Shown: positions 36,665-46,629 of the stretch, piece after piece
Numbering within the stretch: position 1 is the stretch's first letter
Layout: every line of letters begins with the position of its first letter
NCBI GenBank assembly: GCA_029570835.1
Contig: JAKPTX010000089.1
Coordinates: forward strand, 34,637-98,636
Source of the DNA: Bacteroidota bacterium
GTDB lineage: Bacteria; Bacteroidota; Bacteroidia; Bacteroidales; WCHB1-69
Length of the DNA stretch: 64,000 nt
Reading direction: 5' to 3'
The notes under the pieces: generated by a model
Told to the model about the DNA's origin: nothing
The model's database searches: none
Seen by the model: only the letters and a program-made list of their open reading frames with translations
Position numbers and translations under genes: made by a program

Positions 36665-37954
36665 ATGATGTTGATAAAACGAATTTCTTTATTGGTTTTT
36701 ATTTTTATTGTGTTGAAAAGTGTTGTATTGATGGCAGATACGATAAAAGTGATGCACTACAATTTACTTTATTATACCACTTCGGTACCTTCAGGATGTC
36801 AGGTTTCAGCTCAATACCTGGATGAGAAAGATCTTTCTCTCAGAAAAATTATTCAATATGAAAAACCGGATGTTTTTTCTGTGAATGAGATTGGAAGTCA
36901 GTCGGTTTACGTGGATCGGATTTTGAATCAGGTTTTGAATAGCAATGGAGTAGATTATTATAAAAATTGTCCGTTAACCAATTTTTCCGGAGGCTCAATT
37001 GCGAATATGCTTTACTATGACTCGAGAAAGTTAGCTTTTCATTCCCATTTTTATATTACGACATCGGTTCGGGATATCAATGGCTATAAAATGTACTACA
37101 AGACACCACAATTAAGTCAAGGAGACACCATTTTTACAACTTTTATCGTAGCGCATCTCAAAGCAGGATACTATGATTCTGATAAGCAGCTTAGATTAAC
37201 ACAAGTACAAGCTCTTATGAATAAGCTGGAGCAGATCCCTTTGGTTGACAATTTTGTTTTTTCCGGTGATTTCAATCTCTATTCCTCTTCAGAACCGGCC
37301 TATCAGCATTTGATTAACTATTCCAACACACTATTCAGATTGTATGATCCGATCAATAAGCCGGGAGAATGGAACAATAACAGTCAGTTTGCTCCATATC
37401 ATACTCAATCAACTCATACTTCTTCTTCTAATGGATGTTATGCATCAGGGGGGCTGGACGATCGTTTCGATTTTATTTTGGTTTCCCCTTATGTTTATTA
37501 TGGTAGTAAAAAGGTAAAATCGATTAATGAGAGTTATCGTGCTGTTGGACAAGATGGACAACGATTCAATGGAACTATTATTTCTCCTTCTAACAGTGTT
37601 GTTCCCGATTCGATAGCGCAAGCATTGTATCAGGTTTCCGATCACTTGCCTATAGTGTTGCAACTGGATGTGAATGCGACAATCAATTCGATTGAAGAAT
37701 ATCCTGCTTTGAATTGCTGGATAATGAGTCCGATTGAAGATCGAATAGTCATGGAGATTGGTCCGGAGCAAGCAGAAGAGGTAGAGATTCAGATTTGGGG
37801 AATAGACGGCAAATTGCTTAGCTCAAAACGGATCTCATTAGAGGCAGGGGGTAATAGGATAGAATATCCATTTGAGTACAGTTCAGGGTTTTATCTGGTG
37901 AGAATTAAAACCCAAAAGGGTCAATATGTTACTAAAAAAATGATAAAAAAATAG
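36665..37954 (+). CDS. Endonuclease/exonuclease/phosphatase (EEP) family protein with T9SS type-A sorting domain
   Basis: Signal peptide. EEP hallmarks (VMHYNLL..., NEIG, SGDFNL, VSDHLPIVLQLD). C-terminal ...GFYLVRIKTQKGQYVTKKMIKK CTD-like tail. Confidence 0.7.
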   Translation: MMLIKRISLLVFIFIVLKSVVLMADTIKVMHYNLLYYTTSVPSGCQVSAQYLDEKDLSLRKIIQYEKPDVFSVNEIGSQSVYVDRILNQVLNSNGVDYYKNCPLTNFSGGSIANMLYYDSRKLAFHSHFYITTSVRDINGYKMYYKTPQLSQGDTIFTTFIVAHLKAGYYDSDKQLRLTQVQALMNKLEQIPLVDNFVFSGDFNLYSSSEPAYQHLINYSNTLFRLYDPINKPGEWNNNSQFAPYHTQSTHTSSSNGCYASGGLDDRFDFILVSPYVYYGSKKVKSINESYRAVGQDGQRFNGTIISPSNSVVPDSIAQALYQVSDHLPIVLQLDVNATINSIEEYPALNCWIMSPIEDRIVMEIGPEQAEEVEIQIWGIDGKLLSSKRISLEAGGNRIEYPFEYSSGFYLVRIKTQKGQYVTKKMIKK

Positions 37955-37980
37955 TTTATATTTAATATCGTTTTTTTTAC

Positions 37981-37988
37981 TATATTTG
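37981..37988 (+). promoter_or_regulatory. Bacteroidota -7 promoter box (TAtaTTTG)
   Basis: 59 nt upstream of the ATG at 38047. Confidence 0.45.
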
Positions 37989-38046
37989 CCACCTCAATTT
38001 TAGAATCAAAATTCAAGTAAAATTTTAGAATAATTTAAATACTGCA

Positions 38047-40176
38047 ATGAAAGTTTATCAAACCAAAGAAATTAGAAACGTGGCCCTCATAGGGGGGAAT
38101 AGAGTAGGAAAAACAACACTAGCCGAGACCATGGCTTTTCATGGAAAAGTGATTGGCAGAAGAGGTTCAGTTGAAGATAAAAATACACTATCGGATTATC
38201 GTGATATTGAATTAGAAAGACAACAATCGATCCAGGCAACAGTAATGTATACTGAGTATGCAGGGATTAAGATCAATATGATAGATTGTCCGGGTTTTGA
38301 TGACTTTATCGGAGAAGTAATCGGATCGTTGAGAGTGGCTGATACTGCTTTGATGGTAATCAACGCTCAAAATGGAGTTGACGTTGGTGCAGAAATTCAA
38401 TGGAGATGGACTGCAAAAATGAATACTCCTGTTATGTTTGCAGTGAATCAATTGGATCATGAAAAAGCAAACTTTGAAGAAACGATTCGTCAGTTGAAAC
38501 AATACTTTGGAAATAATGTAGTTCCTTTCCAATATCCTGTGAATGCGGGAATCGGTTTTGACAGTGTGATTGACCTGTTGAAAATGAAATTGATGAAATT
38601 TCCTGTAGGTGGTGGAGCTCCTGTTATCGAAGAGATTCCTGCAAGTGAAAAAGACAAAGCAGAAGAGTTGCACAATGCGTTAATTGAAGCAGCAGCTGAA
38701 AATGATGAAGCATTGATGGATAAATTCTTTGAAGAAGGATCATTGACCGAAGAGGAGATGGCACACGGATTGAAATTGGGAATCATCAGTAGAGGAACTT
38801 TCCCAGTTGTTTGTATTGCTACTAAATCGGATCAAGGAGTAACCAGATTGATGGAGATCATTAAAGATAGCTGTCCTTCACCAGATGAAATGTCCGGCGT
38901 AGAAACAGAATCAGGAAATAAGTTGACTTGTAAAGCTTCTGATCCAACAGCAGCTTATGTATTCAAAACTTCAATTGAGCAACATATTGGAGAGCTTGCA
39001 ATTATGAAGATCTATGGTGGTGAAATTACTGAAGCGATGGATTTAGTGAATACTACAACCGGAGCTAAAGAAAGATTATCACAAGTTTTGTGTGTTGCCG
39101 GAAAAAATAAAGAAAAAGTAGAAAAAGCAGTTGCCGGAGACATCATTGCAACAATCAAATTAAAGGGAACTCAATCTTCACATACTTTGGTTAAATCAGG
39201 TTCAGAAGTAATTGTTCCAACAGAATATCCTGAACCTAAATTCAGAACGGCAGTAAGAGCGAAAAATAGTTCAGATGATGAAAAATTGGGAGCTATTTTG
39301 AATGAATACCGTAAAACTGACTTAACTTTCTTGTCTGAACAATCCAAAGAGCTAAAACAGTTAATTATATCCGGTCAGGGAGAACAACACTTGAATATTA
39401 TCAAGTTCATGATTGAAAAATACAACAAGATTGAGATTGAATATTATGCTCCAAAAATTCCTTATCGTGAAACTATTACCAAGTCATCAGAGGCGATGTA
39501 CAGACATAAAAAACAATCTGGTGGAGCAGGACAATTTGGTGAAGTTCACATGTTGATTGAGCCTTACTATGATGGTATGCCAAACCAAACCAAATATCCT
39601 ATCAGAGGAACAGATACTTATGACTTACCTTGGGGCGGAAAATTAATCTTCAACAACTGTATTGTAGGAGGTGCTATCGATGCTCGTTTTATGCCTGCTA
39701 TTCTGAAAGGGATCAATGAGAGAATTGAAGAGGGACCACTAACAGGTTCTTATGCACGTGATATCGTTGTGAATATTTATGACGGTAAAATGCACCCCGT
39801 TGACTCTAACGAAATGGCGTTTAAATTGGCAGGAAGAAATGCGTTTAGAGAAGCGTTTAAAAATGCTGGTCCTAAGATTCTTGAACCGATTTATGATGTT
39901 GAAATTTTTGTTCCTTCAGAAAGAATGGGTGATGTGATGACTGACCTTCAAGGAAGAAGAGGTGTTGTAATGGGAATGGATAGTGAAGGTGAATTTCAAA
40001 AGATTAGAGCAAAAGTTCCATTGGCAGAAATGAATAAATACTCTACTACATTGAGTTCAATCACCTCTGGTCGTGCTTCTTATGGAATGAAATTCGCTGA
40101 ATATCAACAAGTTCCTGCTGATGTTCAAAGCGAAATCATTAAGAAATACGAAGAAGAAATGCAAGAGGAAGATTAA
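38047..40176 (+). CDS. Elongation factor G paralog with divergent GTPase motifs (EF-G2-like)
   Basis: 709 aa with five-domain EF-G architecture. G1 is GGNRVGKTT, G3 is DCPGFDDF (canonical DTPGHVDF), G4 is NQLD (canonical NKxD). Confidence 0.8.
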   Translation: MKVYQTKEIRNVALIGGNRVGKTTLAETMAFHGKVIGRRGSVEDKNTLSDYRDIELERQQSIQATVMYTEYAGIKINMIDCPGFDDFIGEVIGSLRVADTALMVINAQNGVDVGAEIQWRWTAKMNTPVMFAVNQLDHEKANFEETIRQLKQYFGNNVVPFQYPVNAGIGFDSVIDLLKMKLMKFPVGGGAPVIEEIPASEKDKAEELHNALIEAAAENDEALMDKFFEEGSLTEEEMAHGLKLGIISRGTFPVVCIATKSDQGVTRLMEIIKDSCPSPDEMSGVETESGNKLTCKASDPTAAYVFKTSIEQHIGELAIMKIYGGEITEAMDLVNTTTGAKERLSQVLCVAGKNKEKVEKAVAGDIIATIKLKGTQSSHTLVKSGSEVIVPTEYPEPKFRTAVRAKNSSDDEKLGAILNEYRKTDLTFLSEQSKELKQLIISGQGEQHLNIIKFMIEKYNKIEIEYYAPKIPYRETITKSSEAMYRHKKQSGGAGQFGEVHMLIEPYYDGMPNQTKYPIRGTDTYDLPWGGKLIFNNCIVGGAIDARFMPAILKGINERIEEGPLTGSYARDIVVNIYDGKMHPVDSNEMAFKLAGRNAFREAFKNAGPKILEPIYDVEIFVPSERMGDVMTDLQGRRGVVMGMDSEGEFQKIRAKVPLAEMNKYSTTLSSITSGRASYGMKFAEYQQVPADVQSEIIKKYEEEMQEED

Positions 40177-40210
40177 TCTTCATCTTTTGTATTACTCAAA
40201 TAAAGATCAA

Positions 40211-40239
40211 GGCAGAGTCAAACGATTCTGCCTTTTTTT
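40211..40239 (+). terminator. Rho-independent terminator after the EF-G paralog
   Basis: GGCAGA(G)TC-AAAC-GA(T)TCTGCC followed by T7. Sits between convergent genes. Confidence 0.7.
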
Positions 40240-40243
40240 GGCT

Positions 40244-40636
40244 TTATCCCGGTAGATTGATTCCGGAGTAGCGCAACTCCTCCTTCTCTTTACTGATTAT
40301 GGTTCTGCAGATTTCAATTTGCTGGGTACAGGAGAAATTCATCATTTCGAGCAACTCCACCAGGTATGTTTCCTCGGCAACAGTTCCATCCAATAGTGTA
40401 TTCTGGACCTGATAAGAGAACTTATTTTCTTTTTTTTTGTCAATTTGATCTTTCGTTTTTTCCTCTTTCACTTTTCTGAGAAAGCGTCTGGCATTGGCTA
40501 ACAGATAACCTGTACGATAATGAATGGCTCCCAATTGGGAGATTTTTTCAATGCAGAGGTTCATTTCAGTTGGGATGGGTTGTGCAAGTTGTTTTTGATA
40601 TTTGGCAATTTCTGCCCTAAATTGATCAATATTCAT
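40244..40636 (-). CDS. Hypothetical small helical protein
   Basis: 130 aa from MNIDQFRAEIAKYQK. The longer track ORF start is overlapped by a -7 box (40709-40716). No motif recognised. Confidence 0.4.
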   Translation of the reverse strand: MNIDQFRAEIAKYQKQLAQPIPTEMNLCIEKISQLGAIHYRTGYLLANARRFLRKVKEEKTKDQIDKKKENKFSYQVQNTLLDGTVAEETYLVELLEMMNFSCTQQIEICRTIISKEKEELRYSGINLPG

Positions 40637-40708
40637 AGTAAAAATGGAAGAAAAGTGAGTAAAATAAAATAGAACATCTTTTGGTTTTGAAGTCAAAACC
40701 AGGAATGG

Positions 40709-40716
40709 CAAATATA
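40709..40716 (-). promoter_or_regulatory. Bacteroidota -7 promoter box (TAtaTTTG on minus strand)
   Basis: rc of CAAATATA, 73 nt upstream of the ATG at 40636. Confidence 0.4.
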
Positions 40717-40724
40717 TAAAAAAA

Positions 40725-41621
40725 CTACTTATTAAAATAGAGGTCGCTCATGACCAAACGGATCATGATACCATAGTTAAAGGTAAATCCCTGATTATAT
40801 CCGATTAAGTTATCGGAGTGTCCCATAGAACTGATGGAGAAAAAGGCTACCGGATCCAATGAAAAAATTTGATTAAATATTATTTTAACTCCTCCTGAAA
40901 AAGAGAGCCCATATCCGGGGGCGCCCCAATTGCGGTAGTTGGGTGTTACTTGTTGTCCGGGGACATAAGGGGTTGATACAGAACCAAGTAGATCAAAAGG
41001 TCGATCTTCGATGATGGCTTCAAAACTTCTCACTTTTATGTAGTTAAATTGTAGTCCCATTTCAAGAAATGGTCTTAAAGTTTGGTGTGCGTGAAAAGTG
41101 TGGGTTATCCCAACATCAAAAAAAGAGCGTTCCTCTACTGCTTTGAGGTATTCCATGGCGTAATCATTTCTGATATTTCCCGGAGGTTGTGGAAATCGGA
41201 TCAGGAAAACATCGGAAGCAGTTAACCGAATATGAGAATAATTAATCATCAAACCCCAGTTTTTATGAAACTGATATTTCATTCCCAATCCCAAGCACAT
41301 TCCCAGTTTATATTTCACTTTTTTTGGCAGGTCAGCCGGATCAAACCAAATAGAGTCCACGTAGGGATAATTATTTATAATTAATTTCGTGATCTCATCG
41401 TAGCGATACTTATTATCAAAAAGCAATCCTAAGTTTACTTCGTGACTTGGATCAGCATTGTAATATTGTGCTGTTTTAGAGTCTGCAAAGTAAATCCCAC
41501 CGCCTACGTAAAAATCGAACCCCAACCCACTCCATCTGTCTATTTTAGCGGGTTCCTTTTTTTGGGCAAACCCGACAGTTAGAAGGAACAGGATGAGGTT
41601 GAATAGGATTATTCTTTTCAT
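40725..41621 (-). CDS. Hypothetical outer-membrane beta-barrel protein
   Basis: Signal peptide MKRIILFNLILFLLTVGFAQ, alternating hydrophobic strands and an aromatic C-terminus (...DLYFNK). Starts 9 nt after the lpdA stop. Confidence 0.45.
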   Translation of the reverse strand: MKRIILFNLILFLLTVGFAQKKEPAKIDRWSGLGFDFYVGGGIYFADSKTAQYYNADPSHEVNLGLLFDNKYRYDEITKLIINNYPYVDSIWFDPADLPKKVKYKLGMCLGLGMKYQFHKNWGLMINYSHIRLTASDVFLIRFPQPPGNIRNDYAMEYLKAVEERSFFDVGITHTFHAHQTLRPFLEMGLQFNYIKVRSFEAIIEDRPFDLLGSVSTPYVPGQQVTPNYRNWGAPGYGLSFSGGVKIIFNQIFSLDPVAFFSISSMGHSDNLIGYNQGFTFNYGIMIRLVMSDLYFNK

Positions 41622-41630
41622 TGAGTATTT

Positions 41631-43022
41631 CTATAGGTGGATCACTTTGTCGTAAGCGGCAGCGGTAGCTTCCATGATCGCTTCAGAGAGTGTTGGGTGA
41701 GGATGAACTGCTTCCAGAATATCTTGTCCGGTTACTTTTTTACTCATTGCCAATACTGCACCGGAGATCATTTCAGTAACATTATCCCCAATTAAGTGAC
41801 AGCCAATCCATTCATTACTATTTTTGTCAAAGATTACTTTCACCATACCATCACGACTTCCTGCGGCTGTTGCCTTACCGGATGCAGTAAATGGAAATTT
41901 ACCGACTAAAATTTCTCTACCTTCTTGAACACAAGCTTGTTCTGTCAATCCAACAGAAGCAATTTCAGGGGTAGTATAGGTGCAACCGGGAATGAGACCA
42001 TAGTTGATAGGTTCAGGATTAAGTCCGGCAATTTTTTCGACACAAATATGTGCTTCAGCGGAAGCAACGTGAGCCAAAGCGGGTCCGTGTACCACATCGC
42101 CAATAGCGTAAATTCCTTCGCAGTTGGTGCGGTAATAGGGGTCAACGATAATTTTGGTTCTTTCAACTTCTACTCCATACTCTTCCAAGCCAATTCCTTC
42201 AATATTGGTGGTTACTCCCACGGCAGAAAGCACGATATCACAGCTGATTTCGGTAATTTTATCTTTAGAATCCTTGATTTTCACCAGACATTGATCTTGG
42301 GAACGATCCACCTCTTCAACAGCCGCTCCGGTCATCACTTTAATACCCATTTTACGGAAAGCTCTGCCCAATTGTGCCGAAATTTCGTCATCTTCAATAG
42401 GTACCAGTTTAGGCAAGAATTCCACAATGGTTACTTTTGTTCCCATGGAAGCATAAAAGAAAGCAAATTCACTACCAATTGCTCCCGATCCCATGACAAC
42501 CATAGATTCGGGACGAGTTGGGAGGGTTAATGCTTCACGATATCCGATCACTTTTTTCCCATCTTGAGGAATATGAGGTAGTTCTCTGGATCGAGCACCG
42601 GTCGCAATAATGATGTGGTTTGCCTGATAATCGGTTACAGTTCCATCAGCAGCAGTAACTTCGACGGTTTTGTCTTTTTTTAATTTTCCAAATCCTTCGA
42701 TAACTGTAATGTTGTTCTTTTTCAACAAGAACTGTACTCCTTTACTCATCATATCTGAAACTCCTCTGCTTCTGGAAATCACCTGATCCCATTGAGGAGT
42801 AGCCTCTCCAACTTGAATACCATACTGTGTGGCATTTTTAATATAGTTATATACCTGTGCAGATTTTAATAAAGCTTTGGTTGGAATACATCCCCAATTG
42901 AGGCAAATTCCACCTAATTCAGCTTTTTCAACAATGGCTACTTTCATTTGTAGCTGACTGGCTCTGATGGCTGCAACATAACCACCCGGGCCACTTCCGA
43001 TCACGATTAAATCAAAATTCAT
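41631..43022 (-). CDS. lpdA: Dihydrolipoyl dehydrogenase
   Basis: FDLIVIGSGPGGYVAA FAD fold, redox disulfide GGICLNWGCIPTK, C-terminal HPHPTLSE. Confidence 0.92.
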   Translation of the reverse strand: MNFDLIVIGSGPGGYVAAIRASQLQMKVAIVEKAELGGICLNWGCIPTKALLKSAQVYNYIKNATQYGIQVGEATPQWDQVISRSRGVSDMMSKGVQFLLKKNNITVIEGFGKLKKDKTVEVTAADGTVTDYQANHIIIATGARSRELPHIPQDGKKVIGYREALTLPTRPESMVVMGSGAIGSEFAFFYASMGTKVTIVEFLPKLVPIEDDEISAQLGRAFRKMGIKVMTGAAVEEVDRSQDQCLVKIKDSKDKITEISCDIVLSAVGVTTNIEGIGLEEYGVEVERTKIIVDPYYRTNCEGIYAIGDVVHGPALAHVASAEAHICVEKIAGLNPEPINYGLIPGCTYTTPEIASVGLTEQACVQEGREILVGKFPFTASGKATAAGSRDGMVKVIFDKNSNEWIGCHLIGDNVTEMISGAVLAMSKKVTGQDILEAVHPHPTLSEAIMEATAAAYDKVIHL

Positions 43023-43054
43023 ATTTTGTTCTGTATAATAGTTAGTACAACCCG

Positions 43055-43062
43055 CAAAGGTA
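43055..43062 (-). promoter_or_regulatory. Bacteroidota -7 promoter box (TAccTTTG on minus strand)
   Basis: rc of CAAAGGTA, 33 nt upstream of the lpdA start. Confidence 0.5.
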
Positions 43063-43098
43063 ATAAAAAATATTGTGATATGATAATATTTTTTTCTC

Positions 43099-43106
43099 TA
43101 TCTTTG
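43099..43106 (+). promoter_or_regulatory. Bacteroidota -7 promoter box (TAtcTTTG)
   Basis: 20 nt upstream of the ATG at 43126. Confidence 0.55.
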
Positions 43107-43125
43107 CAGGTTAATTTCTAATAAC

Positions 43126-44937
43126 ATGAGGAAGGTACTACTGTTAGTAATGACTATTATTTTATGGATTACTGCAATTCAAGCTGCTTATTTGGAGAAA
43201 GTTCCGGTTGTTCTATTCCAACCCAATGGAGATACACTTTACTGTTTCGCTACGGGAGATGATTATTACCAATGGTTGCATGATAAGGATAACTACACCA
43301 TTATTTTAGATCAAACTACCGGATTTTATGTTTATGCTAATTTGGAAAGAGGTCAGTTGGTTCCCACTAACTTGATTCCGGGGATTGATTCTCCGAAACG
43401 AGTATTGAGTCCCGGGTTGAATATTTCTGCCCAAAAGATAAGATTATTGAGAGAAAAAATGGAGGTGGGTACGCGGGAGGCTCCCCCAAAAAATAATTTT
43501 CGCAATGTAGGCACAATGAATAATATTGTGATTTTTATTCAGTTGGCAGATGCAGATGATTTTACACAACCGATTACATATTTTAATTCAATTTTTAATG
43601 ATTCTTCGTCAGTAACCGATGTTTCAGTCTATAATTATGTAAAGAAAACTTCTTATCAGCAGTTATTTGTGAGTTCTCATTTTTTCCCTGTACCCAATGG
43701 AGATACTATTATTGCTTATAGAGATATTTACCCTATTCAATACTATATGCCTTATAGTGAAGAAAATAATATAGGATATTTGCAAAATGATACCATTTCG
43801 GAAAGAACAGAACGAGAACATGCATTATTGAAAAGGGCTGTTCAGTTTGCTGCAAGCTCGATACCGGCATCAATGAATCTTGATTTCAATGGAGATGGCT
43901 TTGTGGATAATATTAGTTTTATTATTCAGGGAGAGTTAGGGGCTTGGGCATCCCTATTGTGGCCTCACCGTTGGTCGCTCTTTTCAGAAGAGGTTTATAT
44001 TCACGGGTTAAGAGTGTGGGATTATAATTTCTTAATGACACACCCCGCTTACTTGAATACTTCCGTACTCTCTCATGAGTTGCTACACACCTTTGGTTTT
44101 CCTGATTTATATCGTTACTCCTACGAAGGAACACCGGTTGGAACATGGGATATTATGGCAGGTAATGGTAATCCTCCTCAGCAAACCGGAGCCTATCTTA
44201 AATGGAAATATGGGGGATGGATTGAAGGAATCCCGGAAATAACAGAAGCCGGTTTTTACACCCTATATTCTAATCAGAATCACAAAGAGGGTTCTGTTTA
44301 TAAGATTGCTTCTCCTGATCCGAATCAGTTTTTTATACTTGAATATCGCAAAAAGGAACCCCCTTTTGATTTAAGTATTCCTTCATCAGGTGTTATTATA
44401 TCAAGAATTAACCAGCTTTACGATGGTAATGCAGAAACCGATTTTATAGATTATTTTGATGAAGTTTATATTTACCGCTCTGAGGGAACTATGGAGGATG
44501 ATGGTAACATTTATGCAGCAGCATTTAGTCAAAATTCATTTTTAAATCAGTTTAATCCCTGGACTAATCCTTACCCATTTTTAACAGATGGGACTGTTTG
44601 TTTTTTTGAACTTAATCAGTTTGGAACTCCTTTTAGAGATAGCATTACTTTTTACTATTCTCCGGAACCGGTAGGTGTTCAGGAAAATATTGTCGATGTA
44701 GGTTCAGCTAAATTATTTCCCAATCCGGCACAAGATCAGATTACAATATGGGTTGATGCTGAAGATGGAGAGGTAATCGATTATCAGTTGATCGATATTC
44801 ACGGGAGAGTGGTTCTTGCCGGAGGATTACAAGTTCAGAATAATTATATAAATGTTTCGCAATTATCACCAGGGATCTATTTTGCAAACATCAGACAAGG
44901 TGAAACCGAAAATAGAATTAAATTTATTAAACAGTAA
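43126..44937 (+). CDS. M6-like (immune inhibitor A-type) zinc metalloprotease with T9SS type-A sorting domain
   Basis: Signal peptide. HELLHTFGFPDLY (HExxH plus downstream Asp). C-terminal KLFPNPAQDQITIWV...GIYFANIRQGETENRIKFIKQ. Confidence 0.6.
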   Translation: MRKVLLLVMTIILWITAIQAAYLEKVPVVLFQPNGDTLYCFATGDDYYQWLHDKDNYTIILDQTTGFYVYANLERGQLVPTNLIPGIDSPKRVLSPGLNISAQKIRLLREKMEVGTREAPPKNNFRNVGTMNNIVIFIQLADADDFTQPITYFNSIFNDSSSVTDVSVYNYVKKTSYQQLFVSSHFFPVPNGDTIIAYRDIYPIQYYMPYSEENNIGYLQNDTISERTEREHALLKRAVQFAASSIPASMNLDFNGDGFVDNISFIIQGELGAWASLLWPHRWSLFSEEVYIHGLRVWDYNFLMTHPAYLNTSVLSHELLHTFGFPDLYRYSYEGTPVGTWDIMAGNGNPPQQTGAYLKWKYGGWIEGIPEITEAGFYTLYSNQNHKEGSVYKIASPDPNQFFILEYRKKEPPFDLSIPSSGVIISRINQLYDGNAETDFIDYFDEVYIYRSEGTMEDDGNIYAAAFSQNSFLNQFNPWTNPYPFLTDGTVCFFELNQFGTPFRDSITFYYSPEPVGVQENIVDVGSAKLFPNPAQDQITIWVDAEDGEVIDYQLIDIHGRVVLAGGLQVQNNYINVSQLSPGIYFANIRQGETENRIKFIKQ

Positions 44938-44941
44938 GGGT

Positions 44942-45367
44942 ATGACGATAGTAGAACGCGAAAAAGAATTACTGGCAGAGTTTGAACTCTTTGAAGATTG
45001 GATGGATAAATATAGTTATATCATTGAGTTAGGGAAAGAGCTTCCTCTCATCGATAAAAAATATAAAACAGAGCAATATCTGATCTCAGGATGTCAATCT
45101 CAAGTGTGGCTTCATGCTGAATTGAAAGATGGGAAGGTGATCTATACAGCAGATAGTGATGCGATTATTACTAAGGGGATTGTAAGTCTGTTGATCAGGG
45201 TATTCTCTGATGCTCCTCCTCAAGCTATTATAGATGCCTCTTTAGAGTTTTTGGATGAAATTGGATTGACTCAACATCTCTCACCGACACGTTCCAATGG
45301 ACTTACATCAATGATTAAACAGATGAAGATGTATGCTGTTGCTTTTAATATGAAAAACGAAGCATAA
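44942..45367 (+). CDS. sufE: SufE-family cysteine desulfuration protein
   Basis: Start at MTIVEREKELLAEF. Active-site SGCQSQVWL. Confidence 0.85.
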   Translation: MTIVEREKELLAEFELFEDWMDKYSYIIELGKELPLIDKKYKTEQYLISGCQSQVWLHAELKDGKVIYTADSDAIITKGIVSLLIRVFSDAPPQAIIDASLEFLDEIGLTQHLSPTRSNGLTSMIKQMKMYAVAFNMKNEA

Positions 45368-45368
45368 T

Positions 45369-46613
45369 ATGGCGATTCCTTATACAAAACATATTTTATC
45401 AAATGGACTTACATTATTGATTCATGAGGATCACTCTACACCTTTAGTCTCATTTCATCTGGTTTATAAAGTAGGCTCCAAACATGAGGATCCATCTTTA
45501 ACCGGTTTAGCTCACTTTTTGGAACATTTTATGTTTGATGGCTCTGTGAATGTTCCCGATTTTGATGCACACATTCAAAAGATTGGAGCGAGTTGTAATG
45601 CCTATACATCAAAGGATATGACCGGATACCATGCCTTGTTACCTGCCCAAAATCTGGAAACCATCCTTTGGTTGGATTCGGATCGTATGTTGTCATTGGC
45701 TTTTGATGAGGAGAAGTTTATAGTACAGAAAAATGTGGTTTTGGAAGAGTTTAACGAACGTTATTTGAATAAACCATTCGGAGATCTGTCCCATCAAGTG
45801 AGTGAGTTGGTTTTTCAAGTCCATCCATATCAGTGGCAACCTATTGGGAAAGAGCGATCTCATGTAGAAAAAATCACAATGGATGATTTAAAGCAGTTTT
45901 ACAATCGTTTTTATAATCCCTCTAATGCAGTTATTGCGATTGCCGGTCATATTAAAGTAGATGAAGTTATTCGCTTGGTAGAGAAATGGTTCGGCACCAT
46001 TCCTTCAGGAAAACATCCTTTGATTCAGTTGCCTCAGGAACCGGAACAAAAAGAACCTCGATTGTTAAAGTTACAAAGGGATGTTCCTGTTCCTCTTGTT
46101 TATAAAATGTGGAGTATACCCTCAAGCCCTTCTAAAGAATATTATCCATTGGTTATTTGGGCTGAAATTTTGGGTGGTAGTGATTCTGGTTATTTACATG
46201 AGGAGTTAGTTCACAAACAGAAGCTATGTGTTGATGCGTATACTTTTTTAAATATTTATGCAGAAACAACTGTTCTATTTGTTGCAGGGGTTCCCAATAC
46301 TAATTTCAGTGTAGAACAGGTAAATCAGGCTTTAAACGATTTAGTGTACTCTTATCAAGCTGGAGAACGACTGTCGTATAACTTACAAAGAGTGAAAAAT
46401 AAAGTGGTGTCAGATTTGTTGTATGACGAGATTTTGGTTCAAGATAAGAGTTCTCGGTTAGCTGTGCGGGAAGCAATAGCAGGGGTGGAACAGTTTGAGA
46501 ATGAGATAGATCGCTATCTTGCTGTTACTGAGGAAGAGATGTTGAAAACTGCGCGACAATGGATGGTACCTCACAGAGAGAATACCCTTTTTTATGGCAA
46601 TTTTAATAAATAA
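45369..46613 (+). CDS. M16-family (pitrilysin-like) zinc peptidase
   Basis: Inverted zinc motif HFLEHFMFDG (HxxEH). 414 aa. Confidence 0.85.
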   Translation: MAIPYTKHILSNGLTLLIHEDHSTPLVSFHLVYKVGSKHEDPSLTGLAHFLEHFMFDGSVNVPDFDAHIQKIGASCNAYTSKDMTGYHALLPAQNLETILWLDSDRMLSLAFDEEKFIVQKNVVLEEFNERYLNKPFGDLSHQVSELVFQVHPYQWQPIGKERSHVEKITMDDLKQFYNRFYNPSNAVIAIAGHIKVDEVIRLVEKWFGTIPSGKHPLIQLPQEPEQKEPRLLKLQRDVPVPLVYKMWSIPSSPSKEYYPLVIWAEILGGSDSGYLHEELVHKQKLCVDAYTFLNIYAETTVLFVAGVPNTNFSVEQVNQALNDLVYSYQAGERLSYNLQRVKNKVVSDLLYDEILVQDKSSRLAVREAIAGVEQFENEIDRYLAVTEEEMLKTARQWMVPHRENTLFYGNFNK

Positions 46614-46629
46614 AGTTAAATTTATCAAT

